In this document: piece by piece, positions 37,921-52,400 of the stretch
Numbering within the stretch: the first letter of the stretch is position 1
Layout: each line of letters begins with the position of its first letter
Translations under genes and position numbers: made by a program
Notes under the pieces: model-generated
The model's input: the letters and a program-made list of their open reading frames with translations, nothing else
Told to the model about the DNA's origin: nothing
Databases searched by the model: none
Origin: Camelus dromedarius
Taxonomy: Eukaryota
NCBI RefSeq assembly: GCF_036321535.1
Contig: NC_087472.1
Location: 102,488,001 to 102,552,000 of the forward strand
Length of the DNA: 64,000 nucleotides
Direction: 5' to 3'

Positions 37921-38469
37921 GGCTTGCAGTACCCCTGTCTGAACAAAAGAAGCACAGGCTGAATGAAGCACAAGGCCAGGCGGCAAGGCTGCTACCCTCC
38001 TCAGGAGCATTCAAGGACACTTCCCCACTTGTTCACTTGCCTGTCTGAATATCCTGTTTAGTGACAGAATAAGAGCAAGAGGGCTTTCAGAAGCGATTTG
38101 ATCCAACTTCTGTATTGTTCACCTGAGGGAGCGGAGGGCCTGGAGGTGAAACAGCTCACTGTCCTTCGGTGGGTGAGGGAACCGTCCTGGCTGCTCCCCC
38201 CTGCCCGGCTGCTCTTCTCCCATTGTTCCTAGTCTCCTCCTACTGGACCACATGGCCCTGGCTCCACAGCCCCCAACTACAATCTCTCTCCAAAAGGTAA
38301 CTCTTTAGACACACATTTTAGGATTCTTAAGCCTGTCAGACACTTCAGATCTGTTTGTTTTATTGCTTGTAAATTATCCCTCAGTTTAAAAAACACATTT
38401 TCTCTGGGCATGTAGATGGTAGGAGCTGTCTCCTTATAGTGATACCATTAGTTGGTTGATTAACTTATT

Positions 38470-39123
38470 TGTTGAGGTAGATGTAGCCAGTATCTAGGTT
38501 CTTGTCCCGTCCCAGAAAGAATTCAGAGACAAGATGCAGAAGTTAAGAAAGTAAAGTGAGGGTTTATTGGGGGAGAGATGGTACACTCTCAAGGGAAGAG
38601 CGGGCAGGCTCAGGTGAGCAGCTGCCCTGAGTTTTTTTGGCAAGTTGGTTACGTAGAGTATAAAAATCAATGGGCGGAATATTTGTTGGAGAGGGAATGG
38701 TTTGCGGTCATATTCCCTGATTTTTATCCCAGCTCCACCTTCCTGAGGGGTGGAGGGATTTTTGTCCTTATTTAGTCTGGATCGAAAGTGTCATGGCATT
38801 GGTGCATGATGGGTACTTCTAGTCTGCAAGGCTAATTTTAATTGAAACGAGGGCATAATGAGCAAAAGGTTTAATTAGGACACTGGAGATTCCTGCCTTC
38901 TCCTACCTCTGTTTGTTGGCCTCCAGGCCTCTGGACACCCCAAAAAGTGTGACCCTTATCAACCCAGAGTATTTTGCTTTTCTTTCTCTGCCCAGGGACC
39001 CCTGTTGTTTATGATGTATGGTTTCCCACATTTGGCCTGTGCCCCTCCTTTCTGCCCAATTCCTGCCATTTGGCCTGTGTCCCCTTTTCTCTGCTCATAT
39101 CTAGCTATCTGCTTGCTCTAACA
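38470..39123 (-). mobile_element. Solo LTR
   Basis: tgttg...ctctaaca termini; gtttatt near the left end; LTR-like composition. Confidence 0.65.
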
Positions 39124-41129
39124 ATGTGATGACTTTTGAAAAGCAGGGGGATCTGAAGCAGAACAGTTAAGTTTTAAATGGGGTGCTTTGGAGAGTAAGA
39201 AATCTAGAATGAGGTGTGGCTAGAGACAGAGGGAGTCGGGCTCTCTGGTCCAGTAGAGAATGCAGCACAATGTCCTGGTGATTTCTTCTGAGAGTTCTGA
39301 GATGACCCTTATTCTCAGGGCAGACGACACGGAGACAGTGAGACTTGATCCAGGCAGACATCAGCTGGCAGAGGAGGCCCGAGAGAGCTTTTCAGGCTGA
39401 CACCAGCCAGCAGCCAGGGTGGCGGAGTCTGGGGTACAGGAGGCCAGTGAAGCCGGCTGGACGCGGCAGGTGGAAATTGAATGCTTTGGGAAAAGACTTA
39501 ATTCCTCTTGAGGACCTTCTCTGTATTTCCTCATAAGAAGGAGAAGGACTTGACTGAAATGCTTGGTTCTGCTTTACTATATAAGAGATAAAGTTCTTTG
39601 TTCTGAGAGAACAGAGGCAAGAGGCCAATTAGGAAGGTATTGAGTTTGAAAGAACTGAAAGAAATCGGGATAAGGGGAAGAAATTTTCAGGCCAGAAAAA
39701 TTGTTTTTGCTTTCTTATCTCTTCTCAAAACATTGATAGAGAAAACCAACTTCTAGTTCCTGGTGTGATTAGATTGTTAGGAAGTTTAAGAATAAAAACC
39801 ACATCACACAAAAAGCCTTGGCTGGGTTAATGAGGTGATTTGCAAAGCATTTGAAAAGAGGTCGCCAGGGGTTTAGGGACTTGGAAAGTTTGTGCCACTG
39901 TGATCTGATGGGGAGTTTGAAAGGAGCAGAGGAGGTTGTGGGGTGGTGCTCGGGAGAGGAGGGAGCCAGCCAGCCAGTCTCCCCGCCTCTGCATGGACAG
40001 CCCACACTGCAGGGTCCCCCTCTCCCCTGCTGCTTCTTGCCTTTTGCTGCGGAAACCATTTGCTAAAGTGGATTTGTGGAGATGGGGGCTCACAGGTCTG
40101 GGACATAGTTCCTTTAATTGTAGCAACAGATGGCATTTATGTCCCCCTTAATGGACTGGCTCTGTCCTGAGCCTTTCACTCACAGGAAGTTGGGGAGTGG
40201 TTGACAGCCCAGCCCCTGAGCCACACTGCCCGTCAGAGCCCTCTCCAGCCCCAGCTATCAGTCACCAGCAGTGTAGCTGCTGACTGTCCATTCTGCATCT
40301 GGAAAATGGACATCAGAGAAGCTGCTGCCTTGTGAAGGCTAAAACAGTTCTGCATGTGGGTCCTCAGAACAGTGCCTGGCCCAGAAAAGCACTATTCAAG
40401 AGTGGTGTTGGGACTGTGAATGTGAAAGATTATTGTATTGACCTGTGATTCTCTCAGAGCTCAGGGTAAACTTTAGCTAGTGACCTGTGTTAGGAATGGG
40501 GTGAGGGGTGGGGTGGCGGGAGGGGCGGAGAGATGAGCCGAGGGGTTGGGGGCAGGCAGCCCCTTTGTATTGCAGGTTCTCTCCAGCCCCTCTCTTCTGG
40601 TTTCCAGGCTCCCCAATCTGCTAATATGGACTAACAGAAGAATACAGAAAATCTAAGAAAAGAGATTTAAAAATGGGACGAGAATACTAATTTGGAGGGG
40701 ATCAGGAGAGGAAGTACAAGCAATGGAAGAGAATGTGGCACTGCAGTGTAGAGTTAAAGGCAAGGATTAGCATTTTTAAACTAGAACATAAGCATTTTCA
40801 TAATAGAAAATTGAGATAAAAGCAAATCATGAAAAGTAAAATTAGGGAAGGGGGTAGAGTTTAGATACTTAAAAGAAATGAGATGTTTTCTGAGAATTAA
40901 AAGAATGATATGCTAAAATCCAAAAGCAAAAAACGGAGGAGAAAGATGGTGGCCGGCCCGGTCTGTGCACTTTCTAAGCCCTGGTCCCTAGGACATGATG
41001 TACATCTTTTCAGTTATCCCTCTCAGCACCCCTCGGACCCAGCCATGTTTTGCACGAGAGAGAGGCATCGCAGCAAGGTGAGGTCACTTGTTAGAAAGTC
41101 ATTGAGCTGATTTCAGAGCCTAGACTCTT

Positions 41130-41259
41130 TAAAAAAATTTTTTTTTGGTGGAGAAGGGGGAGGTAATTAGGTTTATTTATTAATTTTTAGAGGAGGTACT
41201 GGGAATTGACCTTGTGCATGCTAAGCATGTGCTCTACCGCTTGAGCCATACCCTCCCCC
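41130..41259 (-). mobile_element. tRNA-derived camelid-type SINE with an internal deletion
   Basis: Perfect 17-bp TSD tcagagcctagactctt (41113-41129 and 41260-41276). Confidence 0.9.
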
Positions 41260-41819
41260 TCAGAGCCTAGACTCTTGACCACCTCACTCCACTGAATGGC
41301 TGGACCTTAATCAAAAAGGGATCCCCTGGGTTTCAGGAGGAGTGTCTTGTGGGAGGAGAGCTGGGGGTGCAGGGAGTGAAGAGCCCACCCCTGGCTTCTA
41401 GAAGCCGGTCAAAACCTGGTGCTTGATTTGACGGGGGATGCAAGCACTGAATCAACCTTGGACTGAGCAGTTGGGCCAGTGGGACCAGGTAGGGAATGGG
41501 AACAAGTCAGATGGCCATGTGTGAGAAATGCCGTGGCTTAAGCTTAGCAATCTGTGGCAGCTACACTGGGCCTCGGAGTTAGGGAGGCCGTGGAGGGGTG
41601 GTGGTGGGGAACTGGGGCAAATTGATAGGCCCTTTACCCACCAAAGGAGTAACCACTCCAACTGAGATTTGCATGTAGAACTGTGGACTCACTGTTGCCA
41701 GTTTTCTAAATTTTTAAGAGGATCTGGAAATCCAGTTTTATGAGATATCTCCTGATTTTTAAATGTTGGCAACTTATTTAGAAATTTTTTTTAGATTTAT
41801 TTATTCATTTAATTTATTT

Positions 41820-42270
41820 TTTTTGATAGACTTTTTTTTTTTTTTAGAGCAGTTTCAGGTTTACAGCAGAAGTGAGCAGAAAATACAGAGTTCCCACATA
41901 GCCCTTCCCACCCACACATATATACTCCCCTACCCTCAACATCCCTCATCAGTGTGGCATATTTGGTGCAATTGATGAACCAACATGGGCACATTATTAT
42001 CAACCAAAGTCCATAGTTTACATTCTATGGGTTTTGACAAATGCATAGTGACATGCAGCCACCACTATAGTATCATACAGAATAATTTCATTGCCCTAAA
42101 ATTCCTTGTTTCTCCATTTATTCATTCCTCCCTCCTTCCCTTTCCCCAAACCCCTGGAAACCTTGATCTTTTTATTGTTTCTGTAGCTGTGCCTTTTCCA
42201 GAATGTCATTTGGTTGGAGTCGTACAGTTTGTAGCCTTTTCAGACTGGCTTCTTTCATTTAGTAATGTGT
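41820..42270 (-). mobile_element. L1MC-like 3' fragment
   Basis: tttttagagcagtttcaggtttacagcagaag...aattgatgaaccaaca... Confidence 0.75.
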
Positions 42271-42989
42271 CTTTTTATTTAAAAATTTAAAACACAGTCT
42301 GTCTACCAACACTATGCAAGCCATGTACACCAAAAATCTGCACTCTGGACAGCCTCTTAGGATGTCTAAATTAGACAAACATCAGCAAATCCTTGCACAT
42401 ACGTGGAGAGCTCCAGCTCCTATAATGCCTCATTAGCACAGGGCAAGGTTCTGGGCAGTCTTAAAAGGGAGTCAAATTAAGACACTAGTGCAGGAATTAA
42501 AAGACGTTTGTGCAAAAGCAAGGCAGTTCTACCAAGAGAAAGGGATACCGAAGCCCATCAGGTAGTGATTTGACCTTTTGTACATGCTATGGGTGATTTC
42601 TTCTAGCGCCTGGAAATAGGAAATGTGGAGCCCAGGTGAAAGGCAAGGATCAGGAGGTACAGAGTGGTAGCGTGTGGCTGACAGCATCCAGAGGGGGTGG
42701 AAGTGGGAGAGGAAGGGAGGGTGTGATCTTGGGCAGGGGTCCCCCGTTGAGGATGCAGATCAGGTAAGTGGGGCAAGAGGGGCACAGAGAGGAGCAGAGG
42801 TCATAGATGGGGGAAGGGGACGTTACTCAGGTCCCAGCTGAGGGCAGATCTGCTGGGTTTTAGAGAGCAGTTTAGTGAAATAATAGGAATGAAAGCCGAG
42901 TTGCAAAAGGTAGGGATGGGGGTTTGGATAAAAGGTGAGTCAGAGGAAGAGGGATGTGGGCGGAGAGCCAGAATGTGGCTGTATAACTT

Positions 42990-43700
42990 TTACGTTTTCA
43001 AATTTTAATTGTGGTAAAATACACATAACAAAATTCATGATCTTAACCATTTCTGTGTGTACAGTTGAGTAGTGTCAAGTATATTCACATTGTTGTATAA
43101 CTGATTTCTAGAACTTTTTCATCTTGCAGAGCTAAAACTTTTTACACATTAAAAAACAACTCCCCATTCCCTCTGCCCTCAGCCTCTGGAAACCACCATT
43201 CTATTTTCTCTTTGTGTGAATTTGACTACTCTGGGTACTTCATATACATGGAGTCATCCAGTATTTGCTTTTTGTGACTGACTTACTTCACTTAACATAA
43301 GGTCCTTAAGATTTATCCATGTGGTAGTATGTGTCAGGGTTTCTTTAAGGCTGCGTAATATTCCATTGTGTGTATATACCACTTTTTTAATGTTCTACTT
43401 TAAAAATTTTTTTTTATTGATTTATAATCATTTTACAATGTTGTGTCAAATTCCAGTGTAGAGCACAATTTTTCAGTTATACATGAACATGTGTATATTC
43501 ATTGTCACATTTTTTTTCTCTGTGAGCTACCATAAGATCTTGTATATATTTCCCTGTGCTACACAGTATAATCTTGTTTATCTATTCTACAATTATGAAA
43601 TCCCAGTCTATCTCTTCCCACCCCCTGCCCCAACCACTTTTGTTTTTTTAAATCCGTTCACCTGTCCATGGACATTCGGGTTGCTTCCACCTTTTAGCTT
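42990..43700 (-). mobile_element. Old L1M 3' fragment containing a young camelid L1 3' end (about 43387-43632)
   Basis: aattgtggtaaaatacacataac... host; insert ttttattgatttataatcattttacaatgttgtgtc flanked by accactttt repeats. Confidence 0.75.
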
Positions 43701-44879
43701 GTACAGCTTTTTTGGGGGAAAATTTTTGGCTCTGAAAAGGGGAGAGAAACAAATCAGGCTCAGTTGCTAGGATTACTAACATGAGGATGAGGGTGGGCAG
43801 GATTGTTAATGGGTTAAATATATATTATATACAAGACAGAATCTACCCAGTAGTGAATTAGAGGAGACGGTGTGATTTGGTAGTGTTTTGTTTCTGATGC
43901 CCCTGTTATATGCTTTGTTGGTGTCTTGCTGCCACATTGGGAGTGTTTTATAGGTCCTAAGACTTTATCAGTTGTCTTTCTCTAAAGCATTGTTGCCACT
44001 TGCTTCTTAAGTGAACATTAAGCTTATATGCAGTTAATGTCTGTTGCATTTTATTTTGTCTGCAAAAAGACTAGGACAGAAAGGAAGACCACATCACTTT
44101 GTTGTTGTTGAGGATGTCCCCCTGTGCCTAGGCTCACCTCATGGCATGTGTACTAAGTAAATCCATCCAGAGACATGCTCCTAACAGCATGGTATACTTA
44201 CCGTAACTGAGGGTCATTGCACTCCATGCCTGGATATAGTCTGCACTTAGGAACATCCAGTATCTCGCTTGTCATTGATTGTCCTCCTGCACTTCCATTG
44301 ACAGTGTGGCTCACTGGTTCCTAACTAGGAATGCACACGGTTTCACTCAGTGCTTTGAAAAAACCCACATGCCTGGGCACTCTCCTGAGAGCATCCAAAT
44401 CAGAATCCCTGATGCCGGGGCCCTGGAGTGAACATTCTTAGTTTTCTTTTGTTTTTAAGATGTTTTCACCTGGTAACATTCTGAGCTGATTCTCAGATAC
44501 TTTTAGAGGAATTTTTAATTTTTTCTCTTTTTTCATGGATATGGCAGTGGATTAACTTCATAAATTCATTCCTGACAGATTTGTAAGTGACTCAGAAAGA
44601 TTGAGTGCACAAAACAACCTTTCCGAAGTTCTGTATACATACATGTATACATTCTTTCTCTTTCTACATATATATATATATATATATCACACACACACAT
44701 ACATAATACATATAGATGCTTCATTCATTAAACAAATATGTATTGAGTCCCTGCTTCTGTGCCTGACGCTCGTCTCAAGAATTGAGGGGACAGTTCCCTA
44801 CCTTGTCTGTTACCTTGTAGAGCTTATGTTCTGGCTTCCATTCTTTCTGGTTGGATTTCATAGTCTAGAGATAACAGTA

Positions 44880-45090
44880 GCAATCACATGGTTTACTTAC
44901 TGTTTTAAGTGCTTCACGTATTTTGATTTATTTCATCCTTGCAACAACCCTGTGAAGCAGGGACTATCATAACTGCCATTTTACACACGAGGAAGCTGAG
45001 GCAGAGAGGTGAAGTAATTCGCCTAGGCCACACATCCATTAAATGGTAGGGTGGAATTTAAAGCCAGGTGGTCTGGCTCCAGGGTCACTA
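44880..45090 (-). mobile_element. MIR
   Basis: atttattcatccttgcaacaaccctgtgaag...ccattttacacacgaggaagctgaggcagagagg core. Confidence 0.75.
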
Positions 45091-46260
45091 CAACCTCTTC
45101 ACTTCCTGTCATCCCTGGGATATCTTAGCAAACACAAAGGTGCCTTAAGCCAGGCAGCAGGCAGAAGTCTTGCAGGTTCACCAGTGCACACGATATCCTG
45201 CTAGTCCCAGTGACTCAAATAAAATTCTTCAGTGTAATTCCTTATATCGTAATTTGGAGATTTTTGCCATTTCCTCACCATCTCTGTTAATATTGGCAGG
45301 CTTTAGTGTTACATCTGCTTCATCATCGATTGTAATGAAGGAAGCGGAGGAGAGATTTTGGACTCTAGGAGGAAAAAAGTCAATCCCCAAATCAGAGGTC
45401 ATAGTGGAGTCAGGATCCTCTCAGTCAGGTCCAGATCTTCAGCTGCTTTTTTTGGTAACTTCATGATACAAATGCTTCCACTTTTTTTTTTCAACTGGGC
45501 ATTATTGTGCTCTAACTTTCCATTTTCCCTTTCATTTTTATGAACTGATAGTTCGAGTACAAAGGTTCTGTCTTGAATGACCCCCTGTCAGTGGCATGTC
45601 GGAGTTTTCCCCACTGTTTCCATTTTTCTTCTAAAACATATCCCTTCAATACTAGCTGTCATTAACATCATCACCAGGGAGCTCACTGTTTTTTGGGGGT
45701 GAATTCTTCGAGGTCAAAGTTTAGTCAAAGGATAGGCATATCTTTAAGGTGGGATGTAAACCAATGTGACCAGCACTGTGAGAACAGAGGTGGCCGGTGT
45801 AGTGGAGAAAACATTGGGCCAGGTGTGAGGAGGACTGGACTCAAGATGGGACTGGGCTGCCGGCGGGGCGGGGCTTTGGGCAAATCCTTTGATTTCATTT
45901 TCTTCTTTTGTAAAATGAGCCCTGTAGTGAATCTGCACAGAAGTGATGGTGCAGACATTAACTAGGGCTCTCAGTCTGGCAGGCAGGTGTGTAAAAGCAC
46001 ACATCTGCTGGAGTCCATGGTGGACTTCCCTGGATGCCCTGGTGATGGCTTCCTTGAGAATTGCTTCAGGGTTTCAAAGAAGCTACTCCTGTCCTACAGG
46101 ATAAGAAGAAAATCTAGATTACTATCTGGAGTTTAGTTCATTTTGTAGGCTTCTGATAGATGGATAGAGATCAAAGAGATTTCCCCCCTACCACATATGC
46201 CCTGGATGTGGTTCCAAATCTGCTGACTCTAATATTAATCTTACTCTTGTATCTTTACAG

Positions 46261-46316
46261 GGAAACTTTATGGTGATGTTCCTTTTATAGAAGAAAGACA
46301 CAGACATCGGTATGAG
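46261..46316 (+). CDS. CTPS2: CTPS2 exon (about exon 15), (R)KLYGDVPFIEERHRHRYE
   Basis: tttacag| acceptor, |gtatgg donor; 56 bp; ERHRHRYE CTP synthase motif. Confidence 0.97.
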
Positions 46317-46842
46317 GTATGGCTTCCTCACTGAATTACTGAAGAATATAGATGCTTAGTGCGAGGAACCCCAGTGATTACAGGCAGGCCTTTGGAAAAG
46401 GTGTCCAGCCTGGTATCCACAGGGCTCCGGGGACGGGTACCAGATTTCCCAGAGGAAGCAGGTAGGGGCGAGGAGACCCTGGTTTTTGCTTTCCAAAGGC
46501 GAAATTTTTAAGTATCTGCACATGGGATATTTCAAGATTCTGTGTGACCCTAAGTGCTGTCTCTTGGACCAAGATAAAGTTGTCATCCTTCTCCTTAACC
46601 TCCTGCACTTTATTTTGGAAGGGTTGGAAAAAGGGAACTTGCATCTTCTCAATCAGATGCCTCTGGGGATAGGAATATATCTCTGGGTATCACATGATGG
46701 ATTCTTGGTTTGTGAGCCTCTTGAAAGTTGCATTGAGCATGAGGCTTAGTGTCACATGATTAAGAGTAGTTACTATTGAGATTGCCCCACGAGAAGCATA
46801 GGTTCCCCAAAATGCAGATTGTCTGTACCGGGATTACTTGGT

Positions 46843-47415
46843 GCGTCAATTATGATGCTTTTGACTGCGAAGAATCAAAATTCCTCTCATAAGTCACTCA
46901 AACCAGCCTAAACAATAAGGAAATTTATCTTAGGTCACAGCTAGTCCAGAGGCTGGACAGGCCCCAGGCATGATACAATCTGGGCTCCTGCTGTCTCTGG
47001 GATGCTCTTGGCCCTACCCTTTTCTGTGCGTCTGCCTTTTCCTTAGCCTGATCTCCCTGGCATTTGTAAGATGGCCATCAGTGGCAGCTAAGGCAACATG
47101 CATCTCTCCTTGACATAGAGTTTTTTTCAGTCTGATTGGGTCAATTTAGATTACCTCTCCACTTGTGAACTAGTAACGATTGCCAGGGCAATGCTGAACC
47201 AGACTTAAGCCTGGGTTCTTGCATCATTCATCTGCCAAGAGGAATGAATTTACCATGTTTGGCTTAGACCAGTTAGGACCAACTTCTAGAATGGGGGAGA
47301 TGGCGTCCTGTGGGCCATGTGTGGGTGGAGTAGATACCCGAACAAGCCCAGGGTTTTGTTTTGAGGGAGGACAGGTGGGAATCAATGCCAAGTAGGCTAC
47401 CAGTAGTGTCACTAC
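46843..47415. mobile_element. MLT1J/K-like MaLR LTR
   Basis: aaccagcctaaacaataaggaaatttat...tctgattgg...gtcactaca. Confidence 0.55.
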
Positions 47416-48054
47416 AGTAGTGCCACTGTGGTGTGTGCAGTGATAAGGGAGTTGGGGGATGGTGGTGAGAGACTGTAGGGTATATTTTTAGATTGATTAT
47501 GATGTTGGTTGAAAGTCTCTGTAAATACACTAGAAACTATTGAATTGTATACTTTCAGTGGGTCAGTTGTATAGTATGTGAATTATATCTCAATTAAGTT
47601 GTTTAAAAAGGAAAAATAATTACAAATTATGAGAACTAGCCTAATGTTAAAAATAAAACTAAATGGGGTTAAGATTGAGACGAGGTGGGACCCCACTTAG
47701 ATTTTCGATGAGAAAGCACATTCTGTGAAGGAGAGGCTGTAAAGTTTGGGAAAGGGCCCCTGATGAGGTGAATGAGGGAAGGGGCCATGAGCCAGGTAGT
47801 CAAGTTGTCATCTGTCACCAATATTTTAGTAGAAAAGTTGTTCCAAGCTTCTCTTTAGAGCATTTATGTAACTATACATAAAGAAAGCTTTTGGTTTAGT
47901 CACAAGGAAATAAGGTTATTTCAGTCCTCAAGCAGATTTGTGATATGGGGAGAGAGAGTTAATTACATATGACTCAGGGGAAGAAGCAAATATGGGGACA
48001 GCTGTAAACAGCTAGTCTCAAGGTTTCAAGACAGAATATCTGTGTCACAGTCCT

Positions 48055-49072
48055 ACTTTTTTTATTATGTAAGTGTTAGGTGTACAACATTGTAGTTCAA
48101 CATCTGTATACACTGCAGAGTGATCACCACCATGTGTCTAGTTACTGTGCATTACCACACAGTTGACCCTTTTCACTGATTTTGCCTACACCCTGCTGGT
48201 CACCGCTCATCTGTTCTCTGTATCTATGAGTTGTTTTTGTTTTATTTTGTTTGTTCATTGGTTTTGTTTTGTTTTGGAGTCAACATATGAGTGAAGTCAT
48301 ATTTGTCTTTCTTTGATTTATTTCACTTAGCATAATACCCTAAAGGTCCATCCATATTGTTGCAAATGGCATGATTTAATTCTTTTTTTATGGCTGAGTA
48401 GTATTCTATTTATCTGTCTATCAATCAATCAATCAGTCACATCTTCTTTATCCATCAATGGACACTTAGGTTGTTTCCATATCTTGGCTATTGTAATTAA
48501 TGCTACAATGAACATAGTGTGTATATATTTTCTTGAATTAGTGTTTCCATATTCTTCAAATAAATACCCAGAAGTGGAATAGCTAGGTCATGTGGTAGTT
48601 CCATTCTTAAGTTTTTGGGGAGTCTCTATATTGTCTTCCATAGTGGCTGTACCAATTTAGTCCCACTAGCACTGTGGCACTTTTTTCCACATTGTTTCCC
48701 ACATGTGTTATTCCTTGTCTTTTTGGCAATAGCCTTTCTGATAGGTGTGAGGTGATATCTCATTGTGATTTTGATTTACATTTTCCTGATAATTGCTAAC
48801 GTTGAACATCTTTTCATGTACCTGCTGGCCATCTGTATGTCCTCTTTGGAAAAATGTTCACATCCTTTGCCTATTTTTCAACTGGGTTTTTTTTTTTTGG
48901 TTGTTCGTGTGTGTGTGTTGAGCTGTATGAGTTCTTTATATATTTTGGATATTAACCCCTTATAAGATACATGATTTGCAAATTTCTTCTCCCATTTAGT
49001 AGATTTCCTTTTTCGTTTTGATGATGGTTTCCTTTGCTGTGCAGAAACTGTTTAGGTTGATGTAGTCCCAGT
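48055..49072 (-). mobile_element. L1 3' fragment (about 1 kb)
   Basis: L1 3'UTR/ORF2-end motifs (ggacacttaggttgtttccatatcttggcta, ctttgctgtgcagaaac); flanked by a cagtcctacttttt TSD. Confidence 0.85.
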
Positions 49073-49321
49073 CCTACTTTTTGAAACTCATCTTTGGGCA
49101 ATAGAAGGTGGGCCTCCCAGAATTAGTGGCTGTAATTAGACTATTTCTAAGGTTCATCCTGAGTTTAAAAATAGGCTTTGGGGTTTGAATATAGAAATTA
49201 ACTACTATTTAGAGCATCACCAAAATGGAAAACCTACCCAGTTTGATGGAAGACATTTTCATAAGCTGTTATGTCTGTATTGCTCTTTTGCCCAAAGACA
49301 CTTAATTTCTTGTTTTTCCAG

Positions 49322-49418
49322 GTGAATCCTAACCTGATCAACCAACTTGAGCAGAATGACTTAAGTTTTGTAGGTCAGGACGTCGATGGGGAGAGGATGG
49401 AAATCATTGAATTGGCAA
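49322..49418 (+). CDS. CTPS2: CTPS2 exon (about exon 16), VNPNLINQLEQNDLSFVGQDVDGERMEIIELA(N)
   Basis: tttccag| acceptor, |gtaagt donor; 97 bp; in frame. Confidence 0.96.
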
Positions 49419-52400
49419 GTAAGTAGACTTCATTTTTGAAAATTTTTGTGGTGATTGTGGTGAGCTGATGTCTTTTTGTCAATAGTAGGCATACAAAGAT
49501 AGAACTTGAGCTCCATTTTCCTTGCTCTCTTTCTTTTCCTCTCTCCTTTGAATAGATATGCAACAAAATATAAATCATATGCACTAAATATAAAGTGCAT
49601 GAAAAAACAGGCCACTTATAATCCCAATCATTTTGGAGCCTATTAGTGTGAATCTCCTGTACAATGATGTAGTGTTTAAGCCTACCAGCCCTCCCAGTAA
49701 TGTGTATGGTTCCTTAACCATCACTGTGTGCTGCCGGGGGCGTCTCTTGTTGCTAGCCTCTGAGTTAGGCACTCTGGGGAAGGCAGGCAGCCTACTGTTG
49801 AGAATCCCCTTCCTCTGAGGAAGAATGGCCCAGTCTCCTCCTCACTGCACTGCTCATGACTGCAGCGCGAGGGACAGTAATTTGTTGGATAAACCACCCT
49901 TGTGTATTGAACGCTTAGTGTGTATAGGATACTCTAAAAATGGTAGCATAATTTTCTAGAGCCTTCCTCTCCAATCTGTATGCTTTAGGTTCCAGATAAC
50001 CTGGACGACTTACTCTTCTAATTTTCCTACTTCTTTTTCCATCTTAGCCAATGTCACTGTTCTACTTCCAATTCCTTTTGTGTCGTTTTCCTTTTCTGTC
50101 CCTCATCTGTTCAGGTACCTCAGAAGTCCCAAGCAGAGAGGAGAATTGAAGTTGGGAAAGGCTTCTTTGAGTGCAGTAGCATGTTTCCTGGACCCAGAAA
50201 AAGGGAAAGCAATGGACATTGAGTATGCACTCACCGGGTGCTTCTCACTAGACCCTTTGCTAGGGACTCCATGTGCCTTATGTAACTTACAAGGCAGGTG
50301 ATGTTATTCCCACTTTACAGAGGAGACTGGAGTGGAAGGAGGTTAAGCCACTTGTCAGGGCCATCCAGCTGGTCACTGATGGACCTGGAGCCAAGCCAGG
50401 TCATAGCTTCCTTCTGCCCCTACCTCTGTGGCATTTTATTGCTCCTCTTGTTTTCAATGAACGTTCCACCTAAGATGATCAATCCATGCCTGAAATTTTA
50501 AATTAGAATATGAGGATATATTTCCTGTAGTCTTTCTGATGAAAGTACCCATGATTTACCATTTTTATCCTGTGGGTCACTGTTTGGTGTTGAAGTCTCT
50601 GAAGTCTTCCTTGTGGGACGGCAGACAAATTTCTTAAGCTTATTACTGTTTGTTTACTTTGTTCAGGTACTTTTTCTCTTTAATTCTCCTGGCTCTCATT
50701 ATTGTCAGCAAACACTTGGAAGTGTCTTTCATTGCAAGGATTTAGTTTCCCATTGACAGTTTCAAATTTCATGTGGGTTGGAAGGGAAATGAGAGCCACT
50801 GTAAAACCTTGCAATTTTTAAAAAGCTGACTACTAGGGAATTCATTCTATTAAGAAAAATTTCCCAGAAGATTTTAATCTTAGCCACCCTTACCATATCC
50901 ATGAATCGGTACCTTCCTAAAGGAGTTCCGAAAGGAACAACAGAGCTTGAGATGAGTATGTCAGAATTTGTTTCAAAGCAATTAAGAACTTCATTTAAAA
51001 GAGATTTTATCTAACTGATAGAACATCATCAAACTAAAGACTGTTTAGTCTTTTTCCTCATATTAGCATAGGGGATCTTTTTGATAAAGTGATTCAGAGC
51101 AATGATCCATTCTTTCGAATGTTCTGTCCCTGGCTATGACGTGATCCGTTGCTCAGCTGTAGTGGTACAAAAACACAATTATTGTCTCCTTCTTTCAAAG
51201 ACATCCCTACATGCTGTGCTGCAGGATTCATCACATCTTCAGTTTAAAGCTTAGTTTCTTTTCTATGGGTGGATGATTTCTCTTCTACTTTTCTTGAGGG
51301 AGCACGTTCCTGGGAGAAGGTGGCATTCTCACCAATCTTTCATACCCGAGTGTCCCTGTAATTTAAGGAAGCTTCTTCCTAGTTGTGATGTAGAGGATTT
51401 CTGCACTGGATTTGTCTGGATTCAGAGCTGAACCTACTGCAATGGTGTAATATTCTGCCCTATTCAGTATGGTAGCCACTAGCTGTTTGTAGCTTATTTA
51501 ACACTTGAAATGTGCTCAGTTAATTTAAATGAATTTAAATGATCACCTGTGGCCAGGGGCTACCATTTTGTTTAGCAAAGCTTTAAATGATAATCTTAGG
51601 AGAATGGATATTGCTGTTCAATCATCATTTCCTCACTACTGAGTAGTAGTTTTAGGTCTCCAGTGTTAAGTGATGGGAATTTGTGATTTTGAATTCCATA
51701 CTCGGTTTTTTGATCATTTGATAAAGCATCTCACTGAAAGGTTTGAAATTATATTTATTTCATCCTATAAAACTCACATTTTCTCATCTTCAGTTTGATA
51801 TATATATGGCAATGAAAATGATTTTTAAAGTAAGGAATACATACCCACCATACTCTACTATCGAAATTATGGGATTAGAGAGTTGCCCAGTCTCTAATTA
51901 GGAGTTGCTTCCTAATCTGGGAGTGAACATAGTTTTTGAGAGTTCTGATTGGGGAAAGGTATTTGTAATCCTAGAAAACTTCTACCCAGATTTGGAAATG
52001 TTGCCCATTCATTTTTACTATTCCCAAGCAGGGAATTCCAGATACCTGAGAAAAGCTACCTTTCTGTTCCCATTATATCTGGGAAAACTTGAATTGCTTA
52101 TATAGGGGCTTCTTACAGCCCTCAATATGAAATAGCTTAATTTGCCCTCTGATAATCTAACAAATATGTGTTCATTGTAAAGGAACAGTATTCACACGAT
52201 ACAGAGAAGTATAAGAAAGAAAATAAAAATATCTTGAACTCTCGCCACTTTGGGCCATGACCACCATTAACATGTTGAAAGGCCCTCCTTTTATCACTCA
52301 GAGACTCTTCATCATGAGAGATAAATTGGCATAGGCTGAAATACGAGTGCCTGGTCAACTTCGTGGTGCTATCCGGGATTAATATTCAACCCAAAGCTGT

